Assembly (NCBI GenBank): GCA_003427395.1 | Contig: BFEA01000008.1 | Coordinates: 1,820,695-1,871,878 of the forward strand | Length of the DNA stretch: 51,184 nt | Direction of reading: 5' to 3' | Source: Chara braunii | Lineage: Eukaryota > Plantae > Charophyceae | Shown: piece after piece, positions 1 to 11,943 of the stretch | How the letters are laid out: the number at the start of each line of letters is the position of its first letter | How positions within the stretch are numbered: position 1 is the stretch's first letter | The notes under the pieces: generated by a model | Told to the model about the DNA's origin: nothing | Databases searched by the model: none | What the model saw: only the letters and a program-made list of their open reading frames with translations | Program-made: the position numbers and the translations under genes

Positions 1-1309
1 TAATACCAGCCACCCACAGTAGCACGGACAGAGTTCACTTATATGGCAACCTCTAGTCACACAACAATGGTCTTCTCTCTGCTCCTCTTGACCTTCTGAC
101 CTCTCTTCCTCCTGCTCCTCGTCTTCAATGCACGCTAACTATTACCTTCCTTTCTACTTCTTTATCCTGTTGTAGTACAAACCAATCAACCAACGCTCAT
201 CCTCCGCTGGCTCCCGCGAACGGCACGAACAGGCACCATCTCCGCTGCACACCCCTAGTCCGCTGTTCCGACACACTCGCTCGCTGCGGCAACACGGAAC
301 CACTGTACGTTCGCTGCACCCGCTGCTGTTCACTCTCCGTGTCTGTCGTCTTCAGCCAGCGTTGGCAGCGGTGGCTGAGGACACCGTGCATGCTTCCTTG
401 CGTCACGTCACTCCTCTCTCAGTCAACTTCTGGGATGTTGGGTACGCCTGGCACGCATCCTCCAAAACCCCCTTGGTACCCGTTTACTTCCCTTATATCC
501 ACTGTCTGTGGCCAACTGCCCTGCTTCGACTCGGTCCGCGTCGCAGTCCCTACAGCCCCAATGCTCCAAGCCCAGAAAATTTCTTGCCCTCGTCAATCCA
601 GGCCCGGTCATCGCGCCCTGGTCCATTGTGGTAGTTGTTCCAACGGCAAACCAGTGACCAATTTCTAAACCCAGCAGGTCCGGGCCATGGCCTGCCGTCC
701 GAGGACTGTGTAAGTAGCCAACTGGTGCCCATTCCAAGGTCGAAGTACTGAATCGCAGCCAGAATCTGCGCAACGTCACAGGCAACGTGCCTGCACCTTT
801 TTCTGTCTCCGAACCCCAAAAAGAACAGCGCAGGCTGTAGTACTCTGTTTCAGTGTTGTGCCACTATCAATGCAGCGAACTGTGAACTGCAGCAGCCCTG
901 AAACAAATCAGAGCGCCGGACCATCAAATACCAAGGTCAAATAGTCTTATACTGTTCCAGTTTGTGTCGATGCTGAGCCAATAGTTGTGCCAATCTGCAT
1001 TAGCGTCCATGCCAATGCCGTTGCGATAATAGTCTCATACCAGTGCCGTTCCAGCAAGCGTTCCAATGACGGTTCCGAAGAAACGCTCTGATTTACCGCC
1101 GCCTGCACTATTATCATACCGCTCGGTGTCGGGTGCCGTACCGTGCAACATGCGTTGTAATAATACCGAGTCTGTCCCGAACCAGAGTACCGTGCCCGAA
1201 TCGACCCAGCGGTAACACCCAAGCAATGAAGCCCAGGCAAAATAGCACCGGTGGTAATCCCGTGTCAGGCATCCATCCCACACTCACTCACAGCACCCGG
1301 ATTGGAACA
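1..1309 (-). repeat. Possible LTR-like non-coding repeat (unresolved)
   Basis: No credible ORF. The minus strand begins TGTTCCAATCC at 1309 (TG start typical of LTRs), and positions 1-8 read TGGTATTA on the minus strand, near a tRNA-iMet PBS. No second LTR copy is present to confirm. Confidence 0.2.
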
Positions 1310-1421
1310 ATGTGGCGCACCCCTCGCGAATAACCAAGTAAAAATTAGTTAATTATCAGATAATCGTGGGTTTCCTTCTCGTTTTATTATTTTTAATTAT
1401 TTTCCTTATTTCTTAGTTCCA

Positions 1422-2016
1422 NNNNNNNNNNNNNNNNNNNNNNNNNNNNNNNNNNNNNNNNNNNNNNNNNNNNNNNNNNNNNNNNNNNNNNNNNNNNNNN
1501 NNNNNNNNNNNNNNNNNNNNNNNNNNNNNNNNNNNNNNNNNNNNNNNNNNNNNNNNNNNNNNNNNNNNNNNNNNNNNNNNNNNNNNNNNNNNNNNNNNNN
1601 NNNNNNNNNNNNNNNNNNNNNNNNNNNNNNNNNNNNNNNNNNNNNNNNNNNNNNNNNNNNNNNNNNNNNNNNNNNNNNNNNNNNNNNNNNNNNNNNNNNN
1701 NNNNNNNNNNNNNNNNNNNNNNNNNNNNNNNNNNNNNNNNNNNNNNNNNNNNNNNNNNNNNNNNNNNNNNNNNNNNNNNNNNNNNNNNNNNNNNNNNNNN
1801 NNNNNNNNNNNNNNNNNNNNNNNNNNNNNNNNNNNNNNNNNNNNNNNNNNNNNNNNNNNNNNNNNNNNNNNNNNNNNNNNNNNNNNNNNNNNNNNNNNNN
1901 NNNNNNNNNNNNNNNNNNNNNNNNNNNNNNNNNNNNNNNNNNNNNNNNNNNNNNNNNNNNNNNNNNNNNNNNNNNNNNNNNNNNNNNNNNNNNNNNNNNN
2001 NNNNNNNNNNNNNNNN
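1422..2016. other. Assembly gap (N run)
   Basis: Run of N. Confidence 0.99.
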
Positions 2017-2149
2017 CTTAGGGGTACTCGGGGTGCCCCTAATTTTTGCTGCATGGTCAAACCAGAGTACCGTCATTGCACGGACTTGCCTTTGAGCCTA
2101 AGTCCCTAAACCGTAGATTTCAGGCGGCGCACTGCTTGTGGCCGCCTGA

Positions 2150-2734
2150 CAACGGGTTTGACTCACGGAATGGCAAAAGATCGCGGCAGTGCCCGATCTG
2201 GACTTACCATTCACGCATCTCCGCCGTGAGTTCTACAACAGGTCATGTGCTGCACTGAGCTAGGCACTTGGTGATCGCGAGCAATACACCACCTTCGCTG
2301 AGATTATTGATAAGGCAAGGGAGATCATCAAGACCAACAGGTCAGCTGCATACGAGAAGTCAACGTGGCAGCCAACCTATGTTGAGAAGGTGAGAACTGG
2401 TCCGCTACAGCAGCAGTTCGCTGCAGTCCAATCGGACAACACTGTGGAAGACCCGGCAGCCACCCAAGCGTCACGTGAGGGAGATCAAGTGGCTGTTGTC
2501 CAGCCGCGAAGCAACAACAAACCCCGAGTGAACGGGAAGGCGAAATCAGCATCGCCGACCGGAAATGGACAGCCAGCACCACCATGGGTCAAGTTCGGCT
2601 TGACCGAGGCTGAGTAGAAGTACTGCGGTCGTTACGGCTGCTGCTACTGGTGCAACATCACCAAGCACAAGACCTCCCTTTGCCAGGAACAGACCAAGGA
2701 GGATGTGCGGCCTCGTCTTAACTCGGGAAACTGA
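2150..2734 (+). pseudogene. gag: Gypsy gag C-terminal part with CCHC zinc knuckle
   Basis: Reading through the stop at 2615-2617 gives CYWCNITKHKTSLC (C-X2-C-X4-H-X4-C), ending RLNSGN* at 2732-2734. Confidence 0.85.
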
Positions 2735-2775
2735 GTTGCGCAGGAGGTGAGGCGACTCCACCTCTCACTCCGCCA
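2725..2775 (+). promoter_or_regulatory. Putative -1 programmed ribosomal frameshift signal (gag-pol)
   Basis: G GGA AAC heptamer at 2725-2731, in gag phase directly before the gag stop. Downstream GAGTTGC/GCGACTC and GAGGTG/CACCTC pairings could form a pseudoknot. The -1 frame stays open to ~2900. Confidence 0.7.
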
Positions 2776-5700
2776 GATTCGGCCGCCTTGCTAGCAGCCT
2801 CCTACACATTTGGGGAGGATGCGCATGTCGCAAGTCCTCAGTACACTTACGAGGATTATGTTGTCCACTTAGTCCCACCGCTGGACCAACCGCTCCACGT
2901 GTAACACTCTACCGCATGCATGGTTTATCACCATCAGCAACCGATTCGGCAGCTTCGCCGTCATCTCCCACCGGGGATTCAACGTCATGGTCAAGACTTG
3001 AAGAGCTCGACTCGTTGACTTTTGAGGACTTCCAATAGATGTCCCTTCCCCGATCCGGTCGATTGTCGAAACCGCATTGCAACGTGCTCAAGGCACAATT
3101 GCGGGATTACTTGCACACTGCAGTACCGACTCCGTTGATGGAGGCCGGAGTACAGGTTGTCGACCTTCACGCCTACATTGCGAAGATCGACCGCGAGTTC
3201 AGGACGCAACGGTACGACGACATCGACGCACCATTGTTATATGTACGCATTCAGATTGGAGAGGCGACCTGCAGCGCTTTGATCGATTGCGCAGCATCTC
3301 GCAACTACATGAGCCAAGACTTTATGGTACGCGCCGGCCTTGGCCCACGAGTCTGAAGGAAGTCCCAGCCCACCCAAGTCACGTTGGCGGACGGTCACAC
3401 GCACAAGTCAATCGACCGGTGCATCGATGACGTCCCAGTGTACTTTGCCCCTCACACAAGTGAGGCGGTGTCCTTTGACATTCTGGACACCAAATTCGAC
3501 ATGATCTTGGGCATGTCATGGTTGCGAAGCGAGGACCNCCCGGTGAACTTCTACCGCCGCACCGTTCACGTTCGTGATCGGAACGGAGTACTAGTCCCAT
3601 GCACGGTAGCTCCTCCTCACCCTTCAGTCAGCTGTCACGTGGAATCCGCCGCAAGCATGCGAGCTTCCATCATCAGAGACGACATCGAGGAGATGAAGGT
3701 GTGTTTTCTCCACGCCCTCCCGCCCCATGACGCTTCATCGACGGACTCTTTTTCGGATCCACGCATCACCGAGTTTCTCGACGCCTACAGCGACGTGTTC
3801 GAAGACCCGCACGGAGTAGTACGGATCAGCCCATCCACCACGAGATCATCCTCGAGGACGGGGTCGTACCTCCGCGCGGTTGCATCTACCGAATGAGCGA
3901 GGAAGAGTTAAGTGTGCTTCAGGCACAACTCGACGACCTTCTGGAGAAAGGTTGGATTCGTCCTAGCTCATCGCCATACGGTGCTCCTGTTCTCTTCGTT
4001 CGGAAGAAGAACAAGGATTTGCGGTTGTGCATCGATTATCGCAAGCTCAACGCGCAGACAATCAGAAACGCCGGCCCTCTCCCACGCATCGACGATCTTC
4101 TCGAGCGACTGGGCGGCTCCAAGTTCTTCTCCAAGCTCGATCTCAAGTCAGGATATCACCAACTCGAGATCCGGCAGGAGGATCACTACAAGACCGCGTT
4201 TAAGACGTGATATGGGCATTTCAAATGGCTGGTTATTCCATTTGGCCTTACGAATGCCCCGACCACTTTCCAAGCGGTTATGACAACGGAGTTCCGACAC
4301 ATACTGGATCGATACATACTTATCAACCTCGACGACATCCTGGTGTACAGCCGGAGTTTGGAAGAGCATGTGGAACACCTTTGCACCGTTTTGGAGCGGC
4401 TACGACAAGCCAAGTACAAAGCCAACCGCGACAAGTGCGAATTCGCGCGACAGGAGCTGGAGTACTTGGGCCATTATGTGACGCCGCAAGGCATCCGTCC
4501 GCTTGCCGACAAGATCGAGGCCCTACGAGTATGGCCCGAGCCCACCAACACCACGAACGTTCGTTCATTCATGGGATTGGCGGGCTACTGTTAGCGATTC
4601 ATCACCGAATACTCAAGGGTTGCTGCACCTATGACGAGGTTACAGTCTCCAAAGGTGCCATTCGTATTCGATGATGACGCACGCCGGTCATTCCAAGCAC
4701 TCAATATGGCCATGCTCATGGCACCCGTCCTTAGCATCTATGACCCCGTCTTGCCTACGAGAGTGACTATGGACGCTTCCGGCTATGGCATTGGGGCAGT
4801 CTTGGAACAGCACGACGGCGAGGACTGACACCCCTTGGAGTATTTTTGCCACAAAGTGCCTCCCATCAACTCGCTCGATGATGCAAGGAAGAAGGAGCTG
4901 CTCGCATTCATCATGGCTCTCAAGCGATGGCGGCACTTCCTCCTTGGGCGTCGTAGGTTCACATGGGTTACGGACAACAATCCATTGACCTACTACAAGA
5001 CGCAGAATACGGTGAGCAGCAGGATCGGACGATGGATATACTTCATCGATCAATTTGACTTCACACCGAAACATCTTTCAGGCCTCTCAAATCGCGCAGC
5101 AGATGCACTCTGGTGAAGACCTGATCTTTGCGCTATGACACATCATGCCTTCGCATTCGACGAGGAGCTTCAGCGACACTTCATCAGGGGCTACGAGTCC
5201 GATCCAAATTTCGCCACGTTATATGCGCAGCTATCTTCGAATCACCCACTGGCCAACCACTATCGCATCGCCGATAGGTACTTGCTCCTGCACTCACGGG
5301 GCAAGGACTTACTATGTGTCCCACGCGACCGCCGTCTTCGGACTCGCCTCCTCGGCGAGTATCATGATTTGCGACTCGCCGGCCATTTCGGAGTCAACCG
5401 CACTATTGCACGGCTTCGACAGCGATTCCGATGGCCCGACCTCATCACCGATGTCACGGGGTATTGCGACTCTTGCGAAGTTTGCCGACGAAGCAAACCC
5501 TGCAACCGCAACCCCTACGGTGAGCTGCGCCCGATGCCGATCCCACAGGAGCCCGATCTCTCCATTGCCATGGATGTCACCGGACCATTCCCCCGCGACC
5601 GCCTCGGATACGACGACATCCTCACGGTCGTGGACCGATTGAGGATTTGCGGCCATGGTATACCGGAAGACATAGTCAGCGACCGCGACACTCGTTTCAT

Positions 5701-6383
5701 GTCGGCATTTTGGACTGCACTCATGCAGGAGTCCGACACGAAGATGAAGCCAAGTTCGGCTCGACATCCACAGACAGACGGGCAGACGGAGCGGGCACAT
5801 TAAACTGCTCAAATGATGCTTCGTACGCTCATCCGTCTGGACCAGAAAGATTGGGTTGACCGCCTCCCCGACATCGAGTTCGCCTACAACACTTCGGTGC
5901 ACCCGGCGATCGGCGTGACTCCATTCGAGTTGCACCACGGTGGACAAGAAAGGCCGTATCTTCGCCGACCTTCTCCTCCCACGACCAGCCGACATCGATG
6001 CCGCTTGCTCTCCCGTTTCCGTGCAGAAGTACAGGGAATTGCTGGCTCAAGCCCGCGCGAATATGCAAAAGGCTCAAGTCCGCATGCAGCAGCAAGCCAA
6101 CAGGCATCGTGTGCCATGTCCCATCCGCGCAGACGACCTGGTTTGGGTTTCTGCGGAAGAGTTTGCACTGGAACAGGATGTCTCACGCAAACAGCGTCCC
6201 AAGTGGTTTGGACCATGACCTGTAACATCAGCCGCGGGCGATGAGCCCGATGGCCCTTCATTTGTGATCAACATCCCCCCACATCTGACGGTCCATCCTG
6301 TCTTTCACGCCCCAAAGCTGGCAACATACACGCCAGCTAAGAGCGACGACTTTCCGGGCCAACGATCGCAGGACCCTCCTTCT

Positions 6384-6560
6384 ATGGATGGTCACTAGGA
6401 AGTTAACCGCATCATCACCGATCGCAAGTACGGCAGCAAATCGCGACAATACAAAGTTACATTCAAAGTTTGCGATCTCGATGACACTTGGTGGATTTCA
6501 GGAGCAGATTTGAAAGCATCCGCACCGCTAATCTACGCACATTATGAGAAGCAAAGGTTA
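6384..6560 (+). other. Integrase C-terminal chromodomain
   Basis: H*EVNRIITDRKYGSKSRQYKVTFKVCDLDDTWWISGADLKASAPLIYAHYE fits the chromodomain pattern. Confidence 0.75.
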
Positions 6561-6653
6561 GCTCGGGAAGCTTCACGACCGGCCCCTCCCACCCGGACTG
6601 TGGTCCCTCCCTCAGACAGACAGCTTCGCCCTCGCAGGTGAGCTCAGTCTTTC

Positions 6654-6666
6654 AAGGAGGGGGGGG
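6654..6666 (+). other. Polypurine tract
   Basis: AAGGAGGGGGGGG immediately before TGTGGCATAC. Confidence 0.85.
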
Positions 6667-7690
6667 TGTGGCATACTGCGTAGCCACACGGCCCCTGCAG
6701 GGCCCGTCCCGCACTTTCAGCCTAAAAGCCTAAAACTTACGGCTTACAGGCCCCGGTCGTTTCAGCCTGAAGGCTGGAATACGAGGGCCTGCAGGCCCTA
6801 TTCCGTTTCAGCCTATTTTTGGGCCTTTTAGGCAAAGAGGCTTTTCAGCCTGAAACGGAGGGCCATTTTCAGGCCCTCATTGTGTTCGACCTACCTAAGA
6901 CTCAGGCACGGAAACAGGGTTTTGGGAACAGGCCAGAAATCGCCTGTTCCTCACGCCAGCTCGAGCAGGAGCTGTAGTTGCAGCCCCTGCCTCCCTTCGG
7001 CATTGGCAAGAGCAGCCTCCTGGACTGCTCGCCTGCAGTCAGGAGGCACACCCGGTAGTACATAGGATGTTCCCATGCACTTCACGGGTAGGTAGTTGTC
7101 AGAGGCACGGGTAGTCTTCAGGATTCGGCCGCAGCACTCAGGAGGAGCGTTGCAGTAGTCTTCAGCGCTAGGCAGTAGTATTAGCGCTAGTAGTAGTCTT
7201 CGGCGCTGGGCGCCCATAGCCATAGTTGTAGTCTTCAGCGCTGGGCGCTGTAGTGGTAGGGTAGCAGTATCGGAGAGAGATACTGGCGGAGGCCAGTAGT
7301 ACTTACCTGTGGCGCCATCACTCCAGCTCCATCTTCGAGGTACCTGCATCAAGGCGCCAACTTCACAGGTTAGTACTGGACACTGAGAGAGAGAGAGTTC
7401 TTCTTCTTCCTCTTCTGAGTCCACCATCTCTTCTCACCCTCTCACCACCTGACTTCTCAGACTACGACAGAGAGAGAAAGAGTTGTGACTTTGGGACTTA
7501 ACGACATTGGATCCAGACTCGACATTGGGATTCAGACATTTTGACGAGGGACTATTTGGGCCTGTGCGAAGACTTGGTGTTGACGACATTCCCATCTTCC
7601 CCTCCTCTCCGTCTAACCCCCTTCTTCTTCGTCTGTGTATGGTAGGGGCTGGTGCAGTCTTCCTGTGTGAAGCGCCATACCTCACTCACA
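6667..7690 (+). repeat. 3' LTR of the Gypsy element (right end approximate)
   Basis: Starts TG right after the PPT; internal short repeats (TTTCAGCCT, GTAGTCTTCAG); candidate CA ends at 7684 or 7690. Confidence 0.7.
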
Positions 7691-7779
7691 CCGTGTAACG
7701 ATGATGATGATGTATGTTCAGGGCTGCATTGCAATATTGATTGTTCAGATCATTGGTATCTAAGTCTTCGGCTGTGCTA

Positions 7780-10700
7780 TCTTATACTTTGTATTGAGAG
7801 GTCGGTTCTTGTTTTGGTCTGCACCGTTACGATATGCAACACCCTTGGTGTATACTTTATCAGAGGAACCGTGTCCACTAGGCCTGTTCTCCCGTTCTCC
7901 TATCCGTACAACACCGGTTCCACCTTAAAGCTTTCTGCTTCCCCTGATCCACAAAGGACGGGGATTTCTTGGTGACCTGCAGTTCGAGAACCCTCAGTTC
8001 AGTCAGGTCTGAGAGATCCTGAGCTTCCAGTTCTCCTTCAAGAGTGAGGAAGGTTTGACCATTGATCTTCTTAGTCTCCGACCAAACCTGCACGTCCGCA
8101 CCCGTAGTCAGGGCTGGGCCCAACACTCTCAAGGTTTTCACTCCATCTGGGGCCTTGAGCCAAGTGCCCTGCACCTGATGCTGGGCGTTTTCCAACAGGA
8201 AAATCCACTGCCTTGGAATGACCTTTTTCAGTATGCCATAGTTGGAACCCACATTGCGAAGTGTGGGTAAATTTTTTTTTTATATACGACACGGAGAGGC
8301 AAATGGTGTGATCATGATCCCAGAGGTCCTTAAGTTGTAAAACTCATTTTGCAATCCATGCTTGTCCAAAGGAACCTGTGGCTCCATCTGCGGTAAACAA
8401 CAGGCCAGATTCCTGTTTGATAAAATTATTGTCAAATAACAGCTGATTGCCTACCTCCATCGGAGTGGATGGCTCCTTCAGCAGGTGCGGTCTCAATTTA
8501 TTCCACCCTAATAGTATCTTTCTCCAGATTCTCGACTTGGGATGTCTTGAAGTATATGACTAGAGAAGGAGGCACAACCATACATGCGACCCTTGCATGA
8601 GGCCCCACTCCTTACCTAACATGTACTCCGCTCGTAGGATCCACCATTTAGGCTCGGATTCCCTCAATGCCTGTGCAGGCCATTTCGCCAAGAGGGCTAG
8701 ATTCTGATGTCTAGGATCTAGAATCCCCAACCCACCCTGGTCTCTGGCTTAGTGATAGAATCCCAATCTACCTTCGAGATGAAATTTTCACCCTCAGATG
8801 CAGAAGGTTTCCACACATACCTATAGGGTGCCCTCTTTATCTCGGAGTAAGTCGTGTCCCCTAATAAGTGGACTGTCAAAGGGAACCACAAAATGGAGAA
8901 TGCGGCTGTAGATAGCACCAGACCCCTACCAAAGAAAGAGAGTTTGAAACTCTTTATCCAACCCGAAATTCGGGCTGAGACTTTCTCGCTCAGTATTGTA
9001 TCTTGCACACCATCACTGTCAGTCAGCGAGACCTGGACTCCTAGGAAACGATCAGATGTATCCGACGGGACTTGTCTCAGTCCCCAATCAACACAAAGCT
9101 CAAAGGGGGAAGGCAGAAAATAAACTGACTTTTCCCAATTTATCGAGGCTTCAAACAGCAAGCAATACTCATCCAAAACTTTACGTAACTCTAAGAGGAC
9201 CCTAGGGGTATTTTCCACAGCGACCGTTAGTGGAAGGGTGGGGGCTATAGACAGACCCTTAATCTTTGGATTTGATCTTATATTATCCAAGAGGGTTTCT
9301 AGTTGAAGTACAAAAATCAAAGGCGCCAATGGGCAGCGCTGACGGAGAGACCGGGTCAGTTTGAACTCGCTTGAAAGTTTACCATTAACAATTATCATGG
9401 ACTCGCATGGAGGTGGCTTCTGCGTACATGGTCTTCACCCATCTGCAAAATGTCTGGCCAAAGCCTAGGTTACGTAGAGATGTGAAGACAAACGCCCATC
9501 CTACTTTATTGTAGGTTTTTTCCATACCCAAAAGTAACACGGTCACTTCCCTTTTCTCCTTACTGATTACCTCTAGGGCTTGAATCGTTGCGAGGATATT
9601 TTCAAAGATTGATCTCCCCTTCACGAAAGCGCCCTGTTCCCAGCCTATGCCTGGGGAGGAGATCTACCAGTCTAATAGCAATAGCCTTGGCCAATAACTT
9701 ATAGACCACATTCATACTGAAATTGGTCTGTAATTCCTTACTTCCTTTTTATCCCCTTTTTTATAAAGTAAGGAAATGACTCCCTGGGGATACATTTAGG
9801 AAGGTGCCCTGTCTCCAGTGCCTTATTATATATTGAAAGAAGAAATGGGCCAAATGCATCCCAAGAGGACAAGAAGAGTTCAACCGGTAAACCATCTATT
9901 CCGGGGCATTTACCCAGTGCCATTTGTTTGACTGCTCTCCACAACTCCGGTACCGTTAGCGGTTTCTCCAATCTGAGACAGTCTTGATCCGTAATTCTTG
10001 AGCGGGAGGTCTTCCAAAAGTCTGAGACCTCAGGCAAATCCGTCTCTGGGGTATCGAAGGACCTGTAGGTCAAGACTATGTCCTCGAAATACTCCAATGC
10101 AAATTTGCAAAGTTGTTATGTGGAGTCCGCTACCGGAGCATTCCACTTGAACGGGTGTACTAGTTCTCTGATCGGAGGCCTGCTCTAACATAGTATCAAG
10201 GATCTAAATGTCATTTTCGTCATACGATCATATCCCAAAATTCCTCTAATCTTCAGCCACTCCAGCCACTGGGTCTGTTTCTGCACCCCAATGCTTCCAA
10301 CTTATCAAGGCTGACTTTCTTTTTTTGTGACCAAAAGTAGTCAGAAAAAGGATCTCTACCCATTTTGCTTTCGGCCTCGGTCACTTTTTTAGATAAAGTC
10401 CTTTCTGTACATGTTCGGTTAGCCGCCTTCATCCTAGATAAGACTTGGAGGGCGGCCTGGATTATTCCCAATCCCACATCCACCCACCTTTCTTCCTCAA
10501 CGAGCAGATCTCTAACTTTATTCCAGGAGGTGACTTGATCACTCACCCAGTTTGGTATTCCTTTATCTTTTAGAATGACCACATTAAGCCTAAAGTCAGT
10601 CTGTGTCTATCAATGATGGTCTTTGAGATTATGTCCATCAGCACAGGGTAATGGTTAGAGAGTGATGAAACAAAAAAATCCGACAAAATACATCTCTCCC

Positions 10701-11376
10701 ACACAGTGCCTCGAGCAAGAATAAAGTCCAATATTTTTCGGGGTTCCGATGCTGTCGGGGAGGGCTTAGGACCGTACCACGTATAACCATTAGAGTCAGG
10801 ATTCATTACCCTGTAGACATCTGTTAAGGATTGAGCTTCCAGAAAAACCGCTAGCATTTCCGTGTCCTTTCTCAGTGGCTTAGGAGTGGGGGTGTCTAAG
10901 CCTGGGTTCAGGAGTCAGGACTGTATTCCAATCGCCTGTAATTATCAAATTTTCCACATCTGGTAGATAGGCCGATAGGTCTGCAAAGAATCTTGTGCGT
11001 TCACTATAGTCTACTGGGCATAGACTGTCATGACCGCCCAATCCTCCTGGTCCACTGCCAATTTAACCCAGGCCCAGCGCCCTTCTCTGTCTATAAAGTG
11101 ATCGATCACATCAACTTCTAGATTTCTATCTATCAATATGCTACCCCCCCCCCGGGTCCCCTCCGCTGGAGACCAGAATTGAGGGCCTTGCCACCATTTA
11201 CGCATGTCGCTTATCTTATCTGCGTGTAGCTTTATCTCTTGAATACACAGTATGTGCACAACTTGATTATGAATCCATGCTCGAAATCTTGAGTTTTTGT
11301 TCCTCAGGCTACCTGTGGTATCACCCATACCTCTGAAATTCTAGGTTGCCAAACGGATTTTAGGTGGAAGGTCCAT
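7780..11376 (-). pseudogene. LINE-A: L1/Tx1-like ORF2 (APE endonuclease + RT), decayed, C-terminus missing
   Basis: ATG at 11376 (MDLPPKIRLAT*NFRG); APE motifs ILCIQEIK, VMTVYA, LDFIL, SNHYPV; RT motifs KCPGIDGLPVE, MEKTYNKV, LRQRCPLAP, FLGV. The xADD segment is deleted. Confidence 0.92.
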
Positions 11377-11438
11377 TAAAATGGTCTGGGCCGCTAGCTT
11401 CTTGGATGCAGAGGGGCGAGACTAGAGGATATTGGAAG

Positions 11439-11684
11439 CACTTCTAGGAAGTAGAGAACCACTCAACCCACGGAGCTGCCTGACTGTCTGATGAGATTTG
11501 CTTTTTTTTTTTTTCCCCCTACCCTCTCGTGGTGGTAAGAGAACCAACGAGATCGGGCAAAGACACACTTCTGGAAGGTAGCGAACCACTCAACCCACGG
11601 GGCTGCCTGACTGTCTGATGAGATCTGGTTTTTTTTTTTTTTTTTGCCTACGGTCTCGTGGTGGTAAGAGGACCAACCAGATCG
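11439..11684. repeat. Diverged tandem duplication, ~127-bp period
   Basis: CACTTCT..AACCACTCAACCCACGG.GCTGCCTGACTGTCTGATGAGAT..(T)n..TCTCGTGGTGGTAAGAG..CCAAC.AGATCG at 11439 and 11566. Confidence 0.9.
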
Positions 11685-11700
11685 AGGAGCTCTGTGGATG

Positions 11701-11811
11701 ACTCCAGTCCATTGGTGGGGAGCTACATCTGCTGGAAAAAAGGGTCCATCGTCCCCTTAAGAAAAAGGAACAGCTTCCCAATCTGGGAGCATTACCCAGC
11801 TTCGCTTTGAG
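11701..11811. ncRNA. Structured repeat module, copy A (complete), downstream of LINE-B ORF2
   Basis: CTCCAGTCCATTGGTGGGGAGC..GCTGGAAAAAAGGGTCCATCGTCCC, then CTGGGAGCATTACCCAGCTTCG. The stem is CTGGG/CCCAG, compensatory versus CCGGG/CCCGG in other copies. Confidence 0.6.
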
Positions 11812-11943
11812 TCACTTGCCAACTCTACCGTAGACAGTCTATAGAGTCTCTTAGCTCGATAGGCTGTTTGAATAGAAATATAAACTGGATTCTATAGGCC
11901 GATGTCAATAAAACCGTAAACTAGCAGTCTTCCAAGCCTCTAC

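Larger units (their letters stand above)
2725..6641 (+). pseudogene. pol: Gypsy pol polyprotein (protease, RT, RNase H, integrase, chromodomain), disrupted
   Basis: PR ALIDCAASRNY; [36 protein letters not shown]; RH DASGYGIGAVL, KELLA, TDNNPL; IN HFG...CDSCEVC, IVSDRDTRF, HPQTDGQTER, PFEL. The integrase core has an internal deletion after TVVDRL. Confidence 0.95.
2150..7690 (+). mobile_element. Degenerate Ty3/Gypsy LTR retrotransposon (chromovirus-type), 5' end missing
   Basis: Domain order gag-PR-RT-RH-IN-chromodomain, then polypurine tract and an LTR starting TG. Many stops and frameshifts. Both boundaries approximate. Confidence 0.95.

Noticed and set aside
1393-2076. ORFs spanning N runs and poly-K/F/G ORFs over homopolymers elsewhere
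   Set aside because: Artifacts of gaps and low-complexity sequence
11583-11700. CTGATGA followed by a stem-II-like helix (possible hammerhead), also at ~11488
   Set aside because: GAAA is replaced by GAGG or GGGC, the cleavage base would be G, and no stem I forms
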